From positions 11,197-75,196 of the forward strand of contig JBIQKC010000009.1 of assembly GCA_044506885.1 (NCBI GenBank): a DNA stretch of 64,000 bases, written 5' to 3'. Under the pieces are notes generated by a model. That model ran no database searches and was not told the DNA's origin. It saw nothing but the letters and a program-made list of their open reading frames with translations. The translations under genes and the position numbers were made by a program. The DNA comes from Sphingomonadales bacterium. GTDB taxonomy: Bacteria > Pseudomonadota > Alphaproteobacteria > Sphingomonadales > Sphingomonadaceae. Positions 53,006 to 63,460 of the stretch are shown piece by piece (the stretch's first letter is position 1; every line of letters starts with the position of its first letter).

Positions 53006-54641
53006 CGGCGGCCTCCTCTACTGCGGGCGCTTCGGCCACCGGAGCGGCCTCTTCGTCCTCGAACCAGTGCGCGCGGGCGGCCATGATGACTTCGTTGCCC
53101 TGCTCTTCGGACAGGCCGAATTCGCCGAGCACCCCGCCCTTGTCCTCGGCGCGCTGCGGACGGCGCAGCGGCGGGCCGGCTTCGGGGTTGCGGCGGCGGG
53201 GCGCTTCGCGCTTCCTGGCGATCAGTTCGTCGGTGGCGAGATCGGCGAGGTCGTCGAGCGTCTTGATGCCCGCCTTGCCGAGCACCACCAGCATCTGTTC
53301 GGTCAGGTGCGGCATCTCCGCCAGCGCGTCCTCGACGCCCAGTTCGCGGCGTTCGGCGCGATGGGCCTCTTCCTGCCGGTCGAGCGCTTCCTGCGCGCGG
53401 CTTTGCAGCTCCTGCGCCAGATCCTCGTCGAAACCTTCGATCGAGGCCAGTTCCGCGAGGTCGACGTAAGCCACCTCCTCCAGCTCCGCGAACCCTTCGG
53501 CCACGAGCAGCTGGCTCAGCGTCTCGTCCACGTCCAGCTCTTCCTCGAACATCTTCGAGCGCTCGGCGAATTCGCGCTGACGCTTCTCCGAGGCTTCGTC
53601 CTCGGTCATGATGTCGATCTGGCTTTCGGTGAGCTGGCTGGCGAGGCGCACGTTCTGCCCCCGGCGGCCGATGGCGAGGCTGAGCTGGTCGTCGGGCACG
53701 ACGACCTCGATCCGCCCTTCCTCCTCGTCGAGCACGACGCGGCTGACCGTTGCCGGCTGCAACGCGTTGACGACGAAGGTCGCCGTGTCCTCGCTCCACG
53801 GGATGATGTCGATCTTCTCGCCCTGCAATTCCTGCACCACCGCCTGCACGCGGCTGCCCTTCATGCCGACGCAGGCGCCGACCGGGTCGATCGAGGAGTC
53901 GCGGCTGATCACGCCGATCTTGGCGCGGCTGCCCGGGTCGCGGGCGGCGGCCTTGATCTCGATGATGCCGTCGTAGATCTCGGGCACTTCCTGCGCGAAC
54001 AGCTTCTTCATGAACTCGGGATGCGCGCGGCTGAGGAAGATCTGCGGGCCGCGGTTGTTGCGCTCGACCTTCATGATCCAGGCGCGCACGCGCTCGCCGA
54101 CGCGGGCGACTTCGCGCGGGATCTGCTGGTCGCGGCGGATCACGCCCTCGGCGCGGCCGAGGTTGACGATCACGTGGCCGAATTCGACCGACTTGATGAC
54201 GCCGGTGATGATCTCTCCCGCGCGGTCCTTGAATTCCTCGAACTGGCGCTCGCGCTCCGCATCGCGGACCTTCTGGAAGATCACCTGCTTGGCGCTCTGC
54301 GCGTCGATGCGGCCGAGATCGACCGGCGGCAGCGGATCGACGATGAAATCGCCGATCGCCGCGCCCGGCTGGAGCTTTTCGGCCTGCTTGAGATCGACCT
54401 GCTTGAAGTAGTCCTCTACCTCCTCGACCACTTCGACCACGCGCCACAGGCGCAAGTCGCCGGTCACCGGATCGAGCTTGGCCCGGATGTCGTCCTCGGC
54501 GCCGTAGGGGCTACGCCCCGACTTCTGGATCGCCTCTTCCATCGCTTCGATGACGATCGCCTTGTCGATCATCTTCTCCGACGCGACGGAATTCGCGATC
54601 GCGAGCAATTCTGCCTTGTTGGCGGAAATCGGACTGGCCAT
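52986..54641 (-). CDS. nusA: Transcription termination factor NusA
   Basis: ARDPGSRAKI, DPVGACVG, AIGRRGQNVRLAS. Confidence 0.98.
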   Translation of the reverse strand: MASPISANKAELLAIANSVASEKMIDKAIVIEAMEEAIQKSGRSPYGAEDDIRAKLDPVTGDLRLWRVVEVVEEVEDYFKQVDLKQAEKLQPGAAIGDFIVDPLPPVDLGRIDAQSAKQVIFQKVRDAERERQFEEFKDRAGEIITGVIKSVEFGHVIVNLGRAEGVIRRDQQIPREVARVGERVRAWIMKVERNNRGPQIFLSRAHPEFMKKLFAQEVPEIYDGIIEIKAAARDPGSRAKIGVISRDSSIDPVGACVGMKGSRVQAVVQELQGEKIDIIPWSEDTATFVVNALQPATVSRVVLDEEEGRIEVVVPDDQLSLAIGRRGQNVRLASQLTESQIDIMTEDEASEKRQREFAERSKMFEEELDVDETLSQLLVAEGFAELEEVAYVDLAELASIEGFDEDLAQELQSRAQEALDRQEEAHRAERRELGVEDALAEMPHLTEQMLVVLGKAGIKTLDDLADLATDELIARKREAPRRRNPEAGPPLRRPQRAEDKGGVLGEFGLSEEQGNEVIMAARAHWFEDEEAAPVAEAPAVEEAADAESSQ

Positions 54642-55201
54642 CAGTCGTCTGCCTTCTCTTCCTCGAGTGTTTCTTCGATTTCTTCGACCCCGCTCGTATC
54701 GAGCGGGCGGGTGGCGGCGATGAGCCTGTCCGTCAGGACCAGCTTCGCCGAATGAATGTTCGCCAGCGGCACGTCCACGCGCCCGGCCTTGCGGTCCTCT
54801 ATGACGACGGTTTCGCCTTCGAGACCGCGCAGTTCGCCGCGCAGCTTGCGATGCTCTCCGACCGGCTCCTTGAGCGAGACATTGACGTCGTGCCCGGCCC
54901 AGTCGGCATAATCCTTTGCCCGCGTCAGCGGCCGGTCGATGCCGGGGGAGCTGACTTCGAGGTTGTAGGCCCCGCGCACCAGTTCCTCGCCCGCTTCCTC
55001 GATCGCGTCGATCCGGTCCGAGATGCGGCGCGAGAGCGCCATGCACTGGTCGACAACCAGTTGCCCGGTGGCCGGATCCTCCGCCATGACCTGCAACGTC
55101 CGCTCCTCGCCCGAACCGGAGAGCTTCACGCGCACCAGCTCGAAACCCAGGGCTTTCGCTTCGGGTTCGATCACTTCGGTCAAGCGCGCGATGTCGGCCA
55201 T
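54641..55201 (-). CDS. rimP: Ribosome maturation factor RimP
   Basis: YNLEVSSPGIDRPL. Confidence 0.96.
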   Translation of the reverse strand: MADIARLTEVIEPEAKALGFELVRVKLSGSGEERTLQVMAEDPATGQLVVDQCMALSRRISDRIDAIEEAGEELVRGAYNLEVSSPGIDRPLTRAKDYADWAGHDVNVSLKEPVGEHRKLRGELRGLEGETVVIEDRKAGRVDVPLANIHSAKLVLTDRLIAATRPLDTSGVEEIEETLEEEKADD

Positions 55202-55429
55202 GCACTTTCCATGTTGCGCCGCGCCAAAGCCGTTTCGGGCCGGCCCCCGAGGGCGCCAGCACCAGGCATTGTCACGACAATGTCGGGATGAAGCGCCAGA
55301 TAGGCGCGTCGCCGCGCGGATGCAACTCAAATTCTCCCTTTGCCGCGGTTCGGAATGCCAAGGCGCTGGACAACATCCACCGGCAGCGCCACCGTTCGCG
55401 GATCGCGCCGCGTCGGGAGGGGAGCGCTT

Positions 55430-56356
55430 TTGAGCAGGACGGTTTTTCGTTTCGACAAGGTCTCCAAGCGGTTCGGCGATTTCACCGCCGTCCGGGAATT
55501 GAGTTTCGCGGTCGAGGAAGGCGGCGTGTTCGGCTTCCTGGGCGGCAACGGCGCGGGCAAGACCACGTCGTTGCGCATGGCGCTCGACATCATCCGCCCG
55601 AGCGAAGGGCGGATCGAAGTCCTGGGCGCCACGCCGAGCCGCGAGAACGCGCATGCGATCGGCTTCCTGCCGGAAGAACGCGGGCTGTACCGCACGATGA
55701 AAGTGCTCGACACGGTGGTCTATTTCGCACGGCTCAAGGGCATGGATCCGGCGGCGGCGCGCAAGGCGAGCCTCGACCTGCTGGAGCGTTTCGGGCTGGC
55801 GGACTGGGCGAAGAGCCAGGTCGGCAAGCTGTCGAAAGGCATGGCGCAGAAAGTCCAGCTCGCCACCGCGCTGGTCAATTCGCCCCGGCTGCTGCTGCTC
55901 GATGAGCCGTTTTCGGGGCTCGACCCGGTCAACCAGGCGATCCTGGAAGAATCGATCGTCGAGGCCGCGGGACGCGGCGCGACGGTGATCTTTTCGACCC
56001 ATGTCATGCAGCATGCCGAGCGATTGTGCGACCGGCTGCTGCTGCTTGCCAGGGGCCGCAAGGTGTTCGACGGCACGCAGGAGGAAGCGCGGGCGACGCT
56101 GCCGAGCCGGCTGACGCTGACCGCGCAGGCTTCCCCCGCCGCCCTGCCCGGCGTGGCGAGCGCGACGCCGCGCGGAAGCGCGGATCGCGGCTGGCGGGAG
56201 TTCGAGGTCGAGCTTGCGCCCGGCGAAAGCACCGGGGCGCTGCTCGAAACCTGCACCCGGCAGGGCTTCGGCCTGCGCAGCTTCGACATCGCCCGCCCAT
56301 CGCTGCACGAGGTGTTCATCCATCTGGTCGGCGCGGATCAGGAGATCGCCCAATGA
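55430..56356 (+). CDS. ABC transporter ATP-binding protein (NatA-like)
   Basis: GGNGAGKT, LSKGM, LLLDEP. Confidence 0.92.
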   Translation: MSRTVFRFDKVSKRFGDFTAVRELSFAVEEGGVFGFLGGNGAGKTTSLRMALDIIRPSEGRIEVLGATPSRENAHAIGFLPEERGLYRTMKVLDTVVYFARLKGMDPAAARKASLDLLERFGLADWAKSQVGKLSKGMAQKVQLATALVNSPRLLLLDEPFSGLDPVNQAILEESIVEAAGRGATVIFSTHVMQHAERLCDRLLLLARGRKVFDGTQEEARATLPSRLTLTAQASPAALPGVASATPRGSADRGWREFEVELAPGESTGALLETCTRQGFGLRSFDIARPSLHEVFIHLVGADQEIAQ

Positions 56357-57870
56357 AAGACGTGCTCCTCGTCGCCGCGCGCGAGTTCCGCCAGATCGTC
56401 GCCACGCGGGGCTTCTGGATCATGCTGCTGATCGTGCCCGTGGCGATCGCGATCTCGATTTTCGCCACGCGGGCGCTGACGCCGAGTCCGGGCGCGGCCT
56501 ATACGATGGTCGACGCCTCGGGCCGCTACGGCGAACGGATCGAACAGCGGCTCGAGCGCGATTACCAGACACAAGTGTTGCAGGAGCTTTCGGCCTACGT
56601 CGAACGCTGGAAGCTCGCCGAGGCGGATCCCGCCGCGCCCTGGGCGCAGCGCGGAAGCTGGCTCGTTCCCGCCGAAGTCGACCGCTTCATCGCGCAAGGC
56701 GGCGGAGAACCGGCGCTGGAGCGCCTGACGCCGCACCTGCCGCCGGGAGCATCGGAATTCGAGTTCCCCGACCGCCTCCACCATCGCGTCGACGCCCCGG
56801 CCGGCGTCCGGACCGACGAGGGGTACGAAGCCTTCGGCGAGGCGATAGGCCCGGCGCTGAAAGGCGATGTCGAGACGGCGGACGGCAAGAAGCGGCTGGC
56901 GCTGGCGATCTACATTCCCGAAGACTTCGGCGCGCCCGGCGCGCCGGTGCGGGTGTGGACCAACGGCGGCTCCAACTGGGGGCTGCTGAACGTCGTGCGC
57001 GAGGAGCTGACGGCGGAGATCCGCCTCGCCGCGCTCGAAGACCGTGGGCTGTCCCCCGAAGCGGCCGTGCAGGCGCAGTCGCTTTCCGCGCCGCTGGCGG
57101 TGACCGAGCCGCCCGCCGGCGAGGAGCGGGGAGTGTTCTCCACCCGCTCGATCGTTCCGCTGGCGCTGGTCTATCTCCTGCTCATCACCGCCATGACCAC
57201 CGGGTCGATGATGTTGCAGGGACTGGTAGAGGAACGGTCGAACAAGCTGCTCGAATCGGTCCTCGCCTGCATCCGCCCCGCGGCGCTGATGCACGGCAAG
57301 CTGCTCGGCCTCGGCGGCGTGGGGCTGACCATCGTGCTGGTCTGGGCGGGCTGCGCGGTCGCGGCCGGACTCACCAGCACCGGCGCCTTCGCCGATGCGC
57401 TGCGCACCTCGCTGGAGAGCATCAGCGAGCCGTGGATGATCCCGGCGATGATCTTCTATTTCCTGAGCGGCTACGTGATCGTTTCGATGCTGTTCCTGGC
57501 GATCGGATCGGTCAGCGATTCGATGCAGGACGCGCAGGCCTTTCTGGCGCCGGTGCTGATCGTGCTGATGTTCCCGGTGATGTTCATGATGCAGGCCGCG
57601 CTGAGCGATCCCGGCAGCGTTCTGGTGCACGTGCTGTCGTGGATTCCGTTCTACACGCCGTTCGCGATGCTCGCCCGGCTCGGCGCCGGTGTGTCGATCG
57701 CCGAAGTGATCGGCACGGTGGCGCTGCTGTGCGGGTTCATCGCCCTGCAACTGATCTTCATCGGCCGGTTGTTCGAATCCAGCGTGCTGAGTTCCGGCAA
57801 GCCGGGATGGCGGGACCTGCTGGCCAAGATGAAGGCGCGCCCGGCGGGGGGTCAGGGAGCCGGGGGCTGA
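56353..57870 (+). CDS. ABC-2 permease (NatB-like)
   Basis: EERSNKLLE..GKLLG; ATGA overlap with the ATPase gene. Confidence 0.88.
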   Translation: MKDVLLVAAREFRQIVATRGFWIMLLIVPVAIAISIFATRALTPSPGAAYTMVDASGRYGERIEQRLERDYQTQVLQELSAYVERWKLAEADPAAPWAQRGSWLVPAEVDRFIAQGGGEPALERLTPHLPPGASEFEFPDRLHHRVDAPAGVRTDEGYEAFGEAIGPALKGDVETADGKKRLALAIYIPEDFGAPGAPVRVWTNGGSNWGLLNVVREELTAEIRLAALEDRGLSPEAAVQAQSLSAPLAVTEPPAGEERGVFSTRSIVPLALVYLLLITAMTTGSMMLQGLVEERSNKLLESVLACIRPAALMHGKLLGLGGVGLTIVLVWAGCAVAAGLTSTGAFADALRTSLESISEPWMIPAMIFYFLSGYVIVSMLFLAIGSVSDSMQDAQAFLAPVLIVLMFPVMFMMQAALSDPGSVLVHVLSWIPFYTPFAMLARLGAGVSIAEVIGTVALLCGFIALQLIFIGRLFESSVLSSGKPGWRDLLAKMKARPAGGQGAGG

Positions 57871-57877
57871 GGGGCGA

Positions 57878-58918
<1,041 letters not shown>

Positions 58919-58928
58919 ACCCAAGATA

Positions 58929-58963
58929 TAGCGAATATCGCCATGTGCTGGCAATATTCACCA
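58929..58963. promoter_or_regulatory. Paired PspF upstream activating sites
   Basis: TAGCGAATATCGCCA and TGGCAATATTCACCA, imperfect palindromes 20 bp apart. Confidence 0.65.
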
Positions 58964-59018
58964 TGTCGCTCTGACCATGCCGCCGTGGCGGTGGCGCTTT
59001 TCCGGCATTTCCGCGATT

Positions 59019-59034
59019 TGGCACGCCCCTTGCT
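59019..59034 (+). promoter_or_regulatory. Sigma54 -24/-12 promoter
   Basis: TGGCAC-GCCCC-TTGCT. Confidence 0.9.
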
Positions 59035-59079
59035 ATTCAGGGGTCATCACATCGGGTTCACGCCAAGAGGACAACGACC

Positions 59080-59235
59080 ATGTACGACCGCGAGTTCTTT
59101 ACCAGCAAGCTCGGCATCGCCGCGCTGGTGAGCATCGGCGCGATGGTGACCTTCAACATCGTCGCGCTGACGCACCAAGCCGAGATGTCGGCGGAAACCG
59201 CGGCTGTGACCGCGCCGCTGGTCGAGCTGGCATGA
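59080..59235 (+). CDS. 51 aa single-TM protein, first gene of the psp operon (not in the ORF track)
   Basis: GAGGA RBS; MYDREFFTSKLGIAALVSIGAMVTFNIVAL...; stop overlaps ATG 59232. Confidence 0.7.
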   Translation: MYDREFFTSKLGIAALVSIGAMVTFNIVALTHQAEMSAETAAVTAPLVELA

Positions 59236-60077
59236 GCCACCAGGACAGCGATCCGCTGAGCCCGATCGGCAAGGGGCTGAAGCAGGTCGGCTCGCGCATC
59301 GACCGCGAGATCGAGCGCCTGCGCACCAGCCCCACCCCGACGCAGACATCGTCCACCAGCTATTTCACATCCGGAGTACCCTTGATGGGCATCTTTTCCC
59401 GCACCCGTGACATCATCGCCGCCAATTTCAACGAGCTGCTCGACCAGGCCGACGACCCGGCCAAGATGATCCGCATGATCATCCTCGAAATGGAGGAAAC
59501 GCTGGTCGAGGTCCGGGCCAGCGCGGCGCGCACGATCGCGGACCAGAAGGAGATGCACCGCCACACGGTGAAGCTGGCCAAGCTCCAGGCCGACTGGGGC
59601 GAGAAGGCGCAGCTGGCGCTGAGCAAGGACCGCGAGGACCTGGCCCGCGCGGCGCTGGTGGAAAAGAAGCGCGCGGTCGACATGGCCGACCAGCTCAAGC
59701 AGGAGATCGCGGTGCTCGACGATGCGCTGCGCGCCTACGAGCAGGATATCGCCAAGTTGCAGAACCGCCTGCGCGAGGCGCGCAGCCGGCAGACGCAGAT
59801 CGCCGCGCGGCTCGAAAGCGCGGAGAACCGCGTCAAGCTGCGCAGCCTGATGACCAACGAACGGGTGGACGAGGCGCTGACCCGCTTCGACCAGCTCGAA
59901 CGCCGGGTCGATTACGCCGAAGGGCGCGCCGATGCGCTGTCGATCGCCGACGGCGCCGGCAAGCCGAGCCTCGCCGACGAGATCGCCGCGCTCGAGGGTG
60001 CGGACAAGATCGACGAGGAACTGGAACAGATGAAGCGCGCTCTGGGCAAGGGCGGCGACGAGAGCCAGGAGGGCTAA
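59232..60077 (+). CDS. pspA: Phage shock protein A (alternative start at 59385)
   Basis: MGIFSRTRDII..DPAKMIRMII.EMEETLVEVR. Confidence 0.95.
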   Translation: MSHQDSDPLSPIGKGLKQVGSRIDREIERLRTSPTPTQTSSTSYFTSGVPLMGIFSRTRDIIAANFNELLDQADDPAKMIRMIILEMEETLVEVRASAARTIADQKEMHRHTVKLAKLQADWGEKAQLALSKDREDLARAALVEKKRAVDMADQLKQEIAVLDDALRAYEQDIAKLQNRLREARSRQTQIAARLESAENRVKLRSLMTNERVDEALTRFDQLERRVDYAEGRADALSIADGAGKPSLADEIAALEGADKIDEELEQMKRALGKGGDESQEG

Positions 60078-60080
60078 ACC

Positions 60081-60377
60081 GTGGAAGACGCACTGCCATT
60101 CATCATCATCTTCCTCGGGCTGCCCTGGATCATCATGCACTACATCACGAAGTGGAAGACCGCCGCGACGATCACGAGTGACGACGAGCATTTGCTGGAA
60201 GAACTGTACCAGCTCGCCAAACGGCTCGACGAGCGGATGGATACGGTCGAGCGGCTGGTGGCCTCCGACAACGCCGATTTCAAGCCCGCCCGTATCCGGC
60301 ACGATCAGGAGATCGACAACGAACCGCTGCGCGAACTCGACCGCCTGCTGGCCGAGAAGAAAGGAGCCCGCAAGTGA
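60081..60377 (+). CDS. pspB: Phage shock protein B
   Basis: PWIIMHY..L.ERMDTVERL. Confidence 0.9.
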   Translation: MEDALPFIIIFLGLPWIIMHYITKWKTAATITSDDEHLLEELYQLAKRLDERMDTVERLVASDNADFKPARIRHDQEIDNEPLRELDRLLAEKKGARK

Positions 60378-60751
60378 ACACCCCTCACACCACCCTCTAT
60401 CGCGACAAGCAAAACGGCAAACTGATGGGCGTGTGCGCAGGTATCGCGGACTACACCGGGGTCAACACGCTCTGGGTCCGGCTGGGGTTCCTGATGCTGA
60501 TCGGCATGACCAGTGGTGCCATCCTGCCATTCTATTTCCTGGCCGGCCTGCTGCTAAACAAGAAGCCCGCCCATCTCTACGTCGACCAGGACGAGCAGAA
60601 GTACTGGCAGCGGGTGCGCCAGTCGCCCAAGCGCACCGCGCGCGAAATCCGCGCCCGCTTCCGCGACATCGACCGCCGGCTGGCCGAGGTCGAGAGCTTC
60701 TACGTCACCAGCAATCCGCGCCTTTCGGCCGAAATCGAACGGCTGCGCTGA
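60374..60751 (+). CDS. pspC: Phage shock protein C
   Basis: LYRD...KLMGVCAGIADY. Confidence 0.93.
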   Translation: MNTPHTTLYRDKQNGKLMGVCAGIADYTGVNTLWVRLGFLMLIGMTSGAILPFYFLAGLLLNKKPAHLYVDQDEQKYWQRVRQSPKRTAREIRARFRDIDRRLAEVESFYVTSNPRLSAEIERLR

Positions 60752-60774
60752 GCGCCGCAAGGGGGACACGCCAC

Positions 60775-61062
60775 ATGGGTAACATCGTCTTTCTGATACC
60801 GATCCTGGGCATCCTGCTCGGTTTCTTCGGAGTGTGGACGAGCCACAAGCAGAAGCTGGCCAAGTTCGAGATGCAGGCGCGCACGCAGCGGACCGACGAC
60901 GGCCAGGCCGCGCGCATCGAGGAACTGGAAGACCGGATGCGGGTGCTCGAGCGGATCGTCACCGACGGCGGTTACGACCTGGCGCACAAGATCGAGGCGC
61001 TGCGCGACGAGCGCGACCTCGATGCCCGGCTCGCCACCCCGGCTGCGCGAGGGAGAGTCTGA
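60775..61062 (+). CDS. PspB-like TM/coiled-coil paralogue 1
   Basis: TM helix plus RMRVLERIVTDGGYDLAHKIEALR. Confidence 0.8.
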   Translation: MGNIVFLIPILGILLGFFGVWTSHKQKLAKFEMQARTQRTDDGQAARIEELEDRMRVLERIVTDGGYDLAHKIEALRDERDLDARLATPAARGRV

Positions 61063-61349
61063 TGGGCGAACTGATCGGCCTCGCGGCGGTCATCGGAGTG
61101 TTCGGCATTCCGATCGTGGCTATCTGGACCAGCCACCAGCGCAAGGTGCTCGAAACCCAGGCCAGGCTCGCGGCCGAGAAGGCGGCGCAGTACGCCGCCG
61201 GCCATTCCGAACTGGAAGAGCGCGTCCGGGTGCTGGAACGCATCGTCACCGACAAGGGATACGACGTCGCCACCCAGATCGAGGCGTTGCGCGACCAGCG
61301 GCGGGTCGAGGATCTGCTGGAATCTTCCGCGAGCGAGAGGAGCAACTGA
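61062..61349 (+). CDS. PspB-like paralogue 2
   Basis: TM helix plus RVRVLERIVTDKGYDVATQIEALR. Confidence 0.8.
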   Translation: MGELIGLAAVIGVFGIPIVAIWTSHQRKVLETQARLAAEKAAQYAAGHSELEERVRVLERIVTDKGYDVATQIEALRDQRRVEDLLESSASERSN

Positions 61350-61720
61350 TGGAGGTGCTGAACCAGATACTGCCGTATGTCGGCTGGCTGATCGCCGGCG
61401 TGGTGGCGATCTCGGGCGCGGGCATCCTCGCCAGCGTCCATAACACCCGGCTCAAGATCAAGAACGGCTATCCGATCGAGGGCATGTGGGGCCAGTCGCT
61501 GAAGCCCGAGATGACCAGCGAGGCGATGGAGCGGGTCAAGCTGATGACGCAGGAAAACGCCGCGCTGCGCGCCGAGTTGGCCTCGGTCAAGGACCGGCTG
61601 GCGGTGGTGGAGCGGATCGTGACCGACAAGGGCTTCGACGTCGCGCACCAGATCGACCGGCTGCGGGATAACGACAGCGGCGTCGCGCTCGCCTTCGATC
61701 GCGACAGGACCGCGGGCTGA
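61349..61720 (+). CDS. PspB-like paralogue 3
   Basis: TM helix plus KIKNGY and RLAVVERIVTDKGFDVAHQIDRLR. Confidence 0.8.
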   Translation: MEVLNQILPYVGWLIAGVVAISGAGILASVHNTRLKIKNGYPIEGMWGQSLKPEMTSEAMERVKLMTQENAALRAELASVKDRLAVVERIVTDKGFDVAHQIDRLRDNDSGVALAFDRDRTAG

Positions 61721-61743
61721 GCGAGGCAGGCAGGAGAACGGAC

Positions 61744-62079
61744 ATGAGCTTCGGAGGCCCGATCTTCGTCATCGCCATCATCACGGTGTGCACCGTCGGA
61801 TGGCTGGTGAACAACTGGATCCGCGCGAAGCACGGCTATGCGCTGGAAGACGAATGGGGCGGCAAGACCGAGCGCGCCGACGATGCCGCGAACGCCCGGT
61901 TGATCGAGGAAAACCGCCGCCTGATCGACCGGCTGGAAGCGAGCGAGGACCGGCTGGCGGTGCTGGAACGCATCGTCACCGACAGCGGCTATCGCCTGAG
62001 CCACGAGATCGACGCGCTGCGCGAAGGGCGCGTGGAGAGAGGGCGCGAAGGGCGCGATGAGAAAGGGAAAGTGCAATGA
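61744..62079 (+). CDS. PspB-like paralogue 4
   Basis: TM helix plus RAKHGY and RLAVLERIVTDSGYRLSHEIDALR. Confidence 0.8.
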   Translation: MSFGGPIFVIAIITVCTVGWLVNNWIRAKHGYALEDEWGGKTERADDAANARLIEENRRLIDRLEASEDRLAVLERIVTDSGYRLSHEIDALREGRVERGREGRDEKGKVQ

Positions 62080-62348
62080 GCTTCTGGACGGCCGTGGTCG
62101 TGATCGTCGCCATCGTCGCGGTGGCGGAAGTGATGAAGGCCAGGCACCGCGCATCGAACGGGATCACCAAGGACTGGCTGGGCAACGAAGCGCCCACCGA
62201 CCGCCCTGCCCTGCCCGCGCGCGACGAGGAATTGCAGAAGGAAGTCGAGCAGTTGCGCGAGCGGATCAAGGTGCTCGAACGCATCGCCACCGAAGATCGT
62301 GAAACGAAGCGGCTCTCGGAAGAGATCGAGAACCTGCGGGAAAAATGA
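62076..62348 (+). CDS. PspB-like paralogue 5
   Basis: TM helix plus RIKVLERIATE..RLSEEIENLR. Confidence 0.8.
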   Translation: MSFWTAVVVIVAIVAVAEVMKARHRASNGITKDWLGNEAPTDRPALPARDEELQKEVEQLRERIKVLERIATEDRETKRLSEEIENLREK

Positions 62349-62375
62349 GCCCCGGAAAAAGGGAGACATGCGACA

Positions 62376-62612
62376 ATGAGCCAGGAATTGCTGATCGCCG
62401 CCAGCGTTCTCGCGGGGTTGCTGGTCGTGGCGGGGGCCATGCTCAAGGGCTGGCAGGACTGGCTGGCGCTGAAATCGCGCGAGCTGGAAGCGGGCCGCAA
62501 GCCGGCGGAAATCGAAGGCGGCGCGCGCGAAGGCGCGGCGCGGATCGAGATCGCCGACCTCAAGGAACGCATCCGCAAGCTGGAAGCCATCGCCAGCGGG
62601 GTGGACCTCTAA
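62376..62612 (+). CDS. PspB-like paralogue 6 (divergent)
   Basis: TM helix plus LKERIRKLEAIASG. Confidence 0.75.
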   Translation: MSQELLIAASVLAGLLVVAGAMLKGWQDWLALKSRELEAGRKPAEIEGGAREGAARIEIADLKERIRKLEAIASGVDL

Positions 62613-62635
62613 CACCAGTGCGTTAGAGGGCGGCC

Positions 62636-63043
62636 ATGCGCAGCCTCCCCGACATCCTCGAAGAATACGAGTTCCTCGACGCCGACGAGCGCTATCGCCT
62701 GCTGATCGAGCTCGGGCGCGAGCTGGACGAGATGCCGCTGGCGCTGAAGACCGACGCCACGCTCGTGCGCGGGTGCTCGGCGGCGGTATGGGTCTATCCG
62801 ACCGAGGCGGACGGACGCCTGCATTTCCTCGCCGACAGCAATGCCGCGATCACCAAGGGCATCGTCGCGCTGGTGCTGAGCGCGGTGCAGGACAAGCCGG
62901 CGGCCGACGTGGCGGCGATGGACATTGCCGCCGCGCTCGCGCCGTTCGACCTGAAAAACCAGCTCAGCTCCAACCGCACCCAGGGCGTGCCGAACATGAT
63001 CGCGCTGGTGAAGGAACACGCGGCGCGGATCGCTGCGGGGTGA
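62636..63043 (+). CDS. sufE: SufE family sulfur acceptor
   Basis: RYRLLIELG, VRGC, ADS.A.ITKG, LSSNRTQG. Confidence 0.93.
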   Translation: MRSLPDILEEYEFLDADERYRLLIELGRELDEMPLALKTDATLVRGCSAAVWVYPTEADGRLHFLADSNAAITKGIVALVLSAVQDKPAADVAAMDIAAALAPFDLKNQLSSNRTQGVPNMIALVKEHAARIAAG

Positions 63044-63044
63044 G

Positions 63045-63395
63045 ATGAAGCGGCCGCTGCTCCTCGCGGCCGGACTCGCCAGCCTCGGCCTGGGGATCGT
63101 CGGCGCTTTCCTGCCCGGCCTGCCCACGGTGCCGTTCCTGCTGCTGGCCGCGTTCTGCTTCGCCCGGAGCAACCCGGCGTGGGAGCGCTGGCTGCTGGAG
63201 CATCCGCGCTGGGGCCCGCCGATCCACGACTGGCGCGAGCGGCGGGCGATCTCGCGCAAGGCCAAGCTGGGCGCATTCATGACGCTGGCGGCGAGCGCCA
63301 TCCTGGCGCTGGCCATGATGAGCTGGCCGTGGGTGCTGTTCCCGCTGCTGGCGATGGCCGGCTCCGCCACCTGGATCGCCACGCGCGCCGAATAG
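63045..63395 (+). CDS. YbaN (DUF454) membrane protein
   Basis: LPGLPTVPFLLLAAFCFARS. Confidence 0.9.
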   Translation: MKRPLLLAAGLASLGLGIVGAFLPGLPTVPFLLLAAFCFARSNPAWERWLLEHPRWGPPIHDWRERRAISRKAKLGAFMTLAASAILALAMMSWPWVLFPLLAMAGSATWIATRAE

Positions 63396-63460
63396 CGCCG
63401 CTTCACGGCCGCGAAGCCGGCGCGGCTTGAAATGTGGCGCGGCGCGCGTAAGTGCCGGGC

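Noticed and set aside
60775..62348. Recurring GTGCTGGAACGCATCGTCACCGAC-like DNA as a CRISPR or DGR repeat
   Set aside because: It is the coding motif VLERIVTD of paralogous genes, with synonymous variation and ~300-bp spacing; no cas or reverse transcriptase gene in the window
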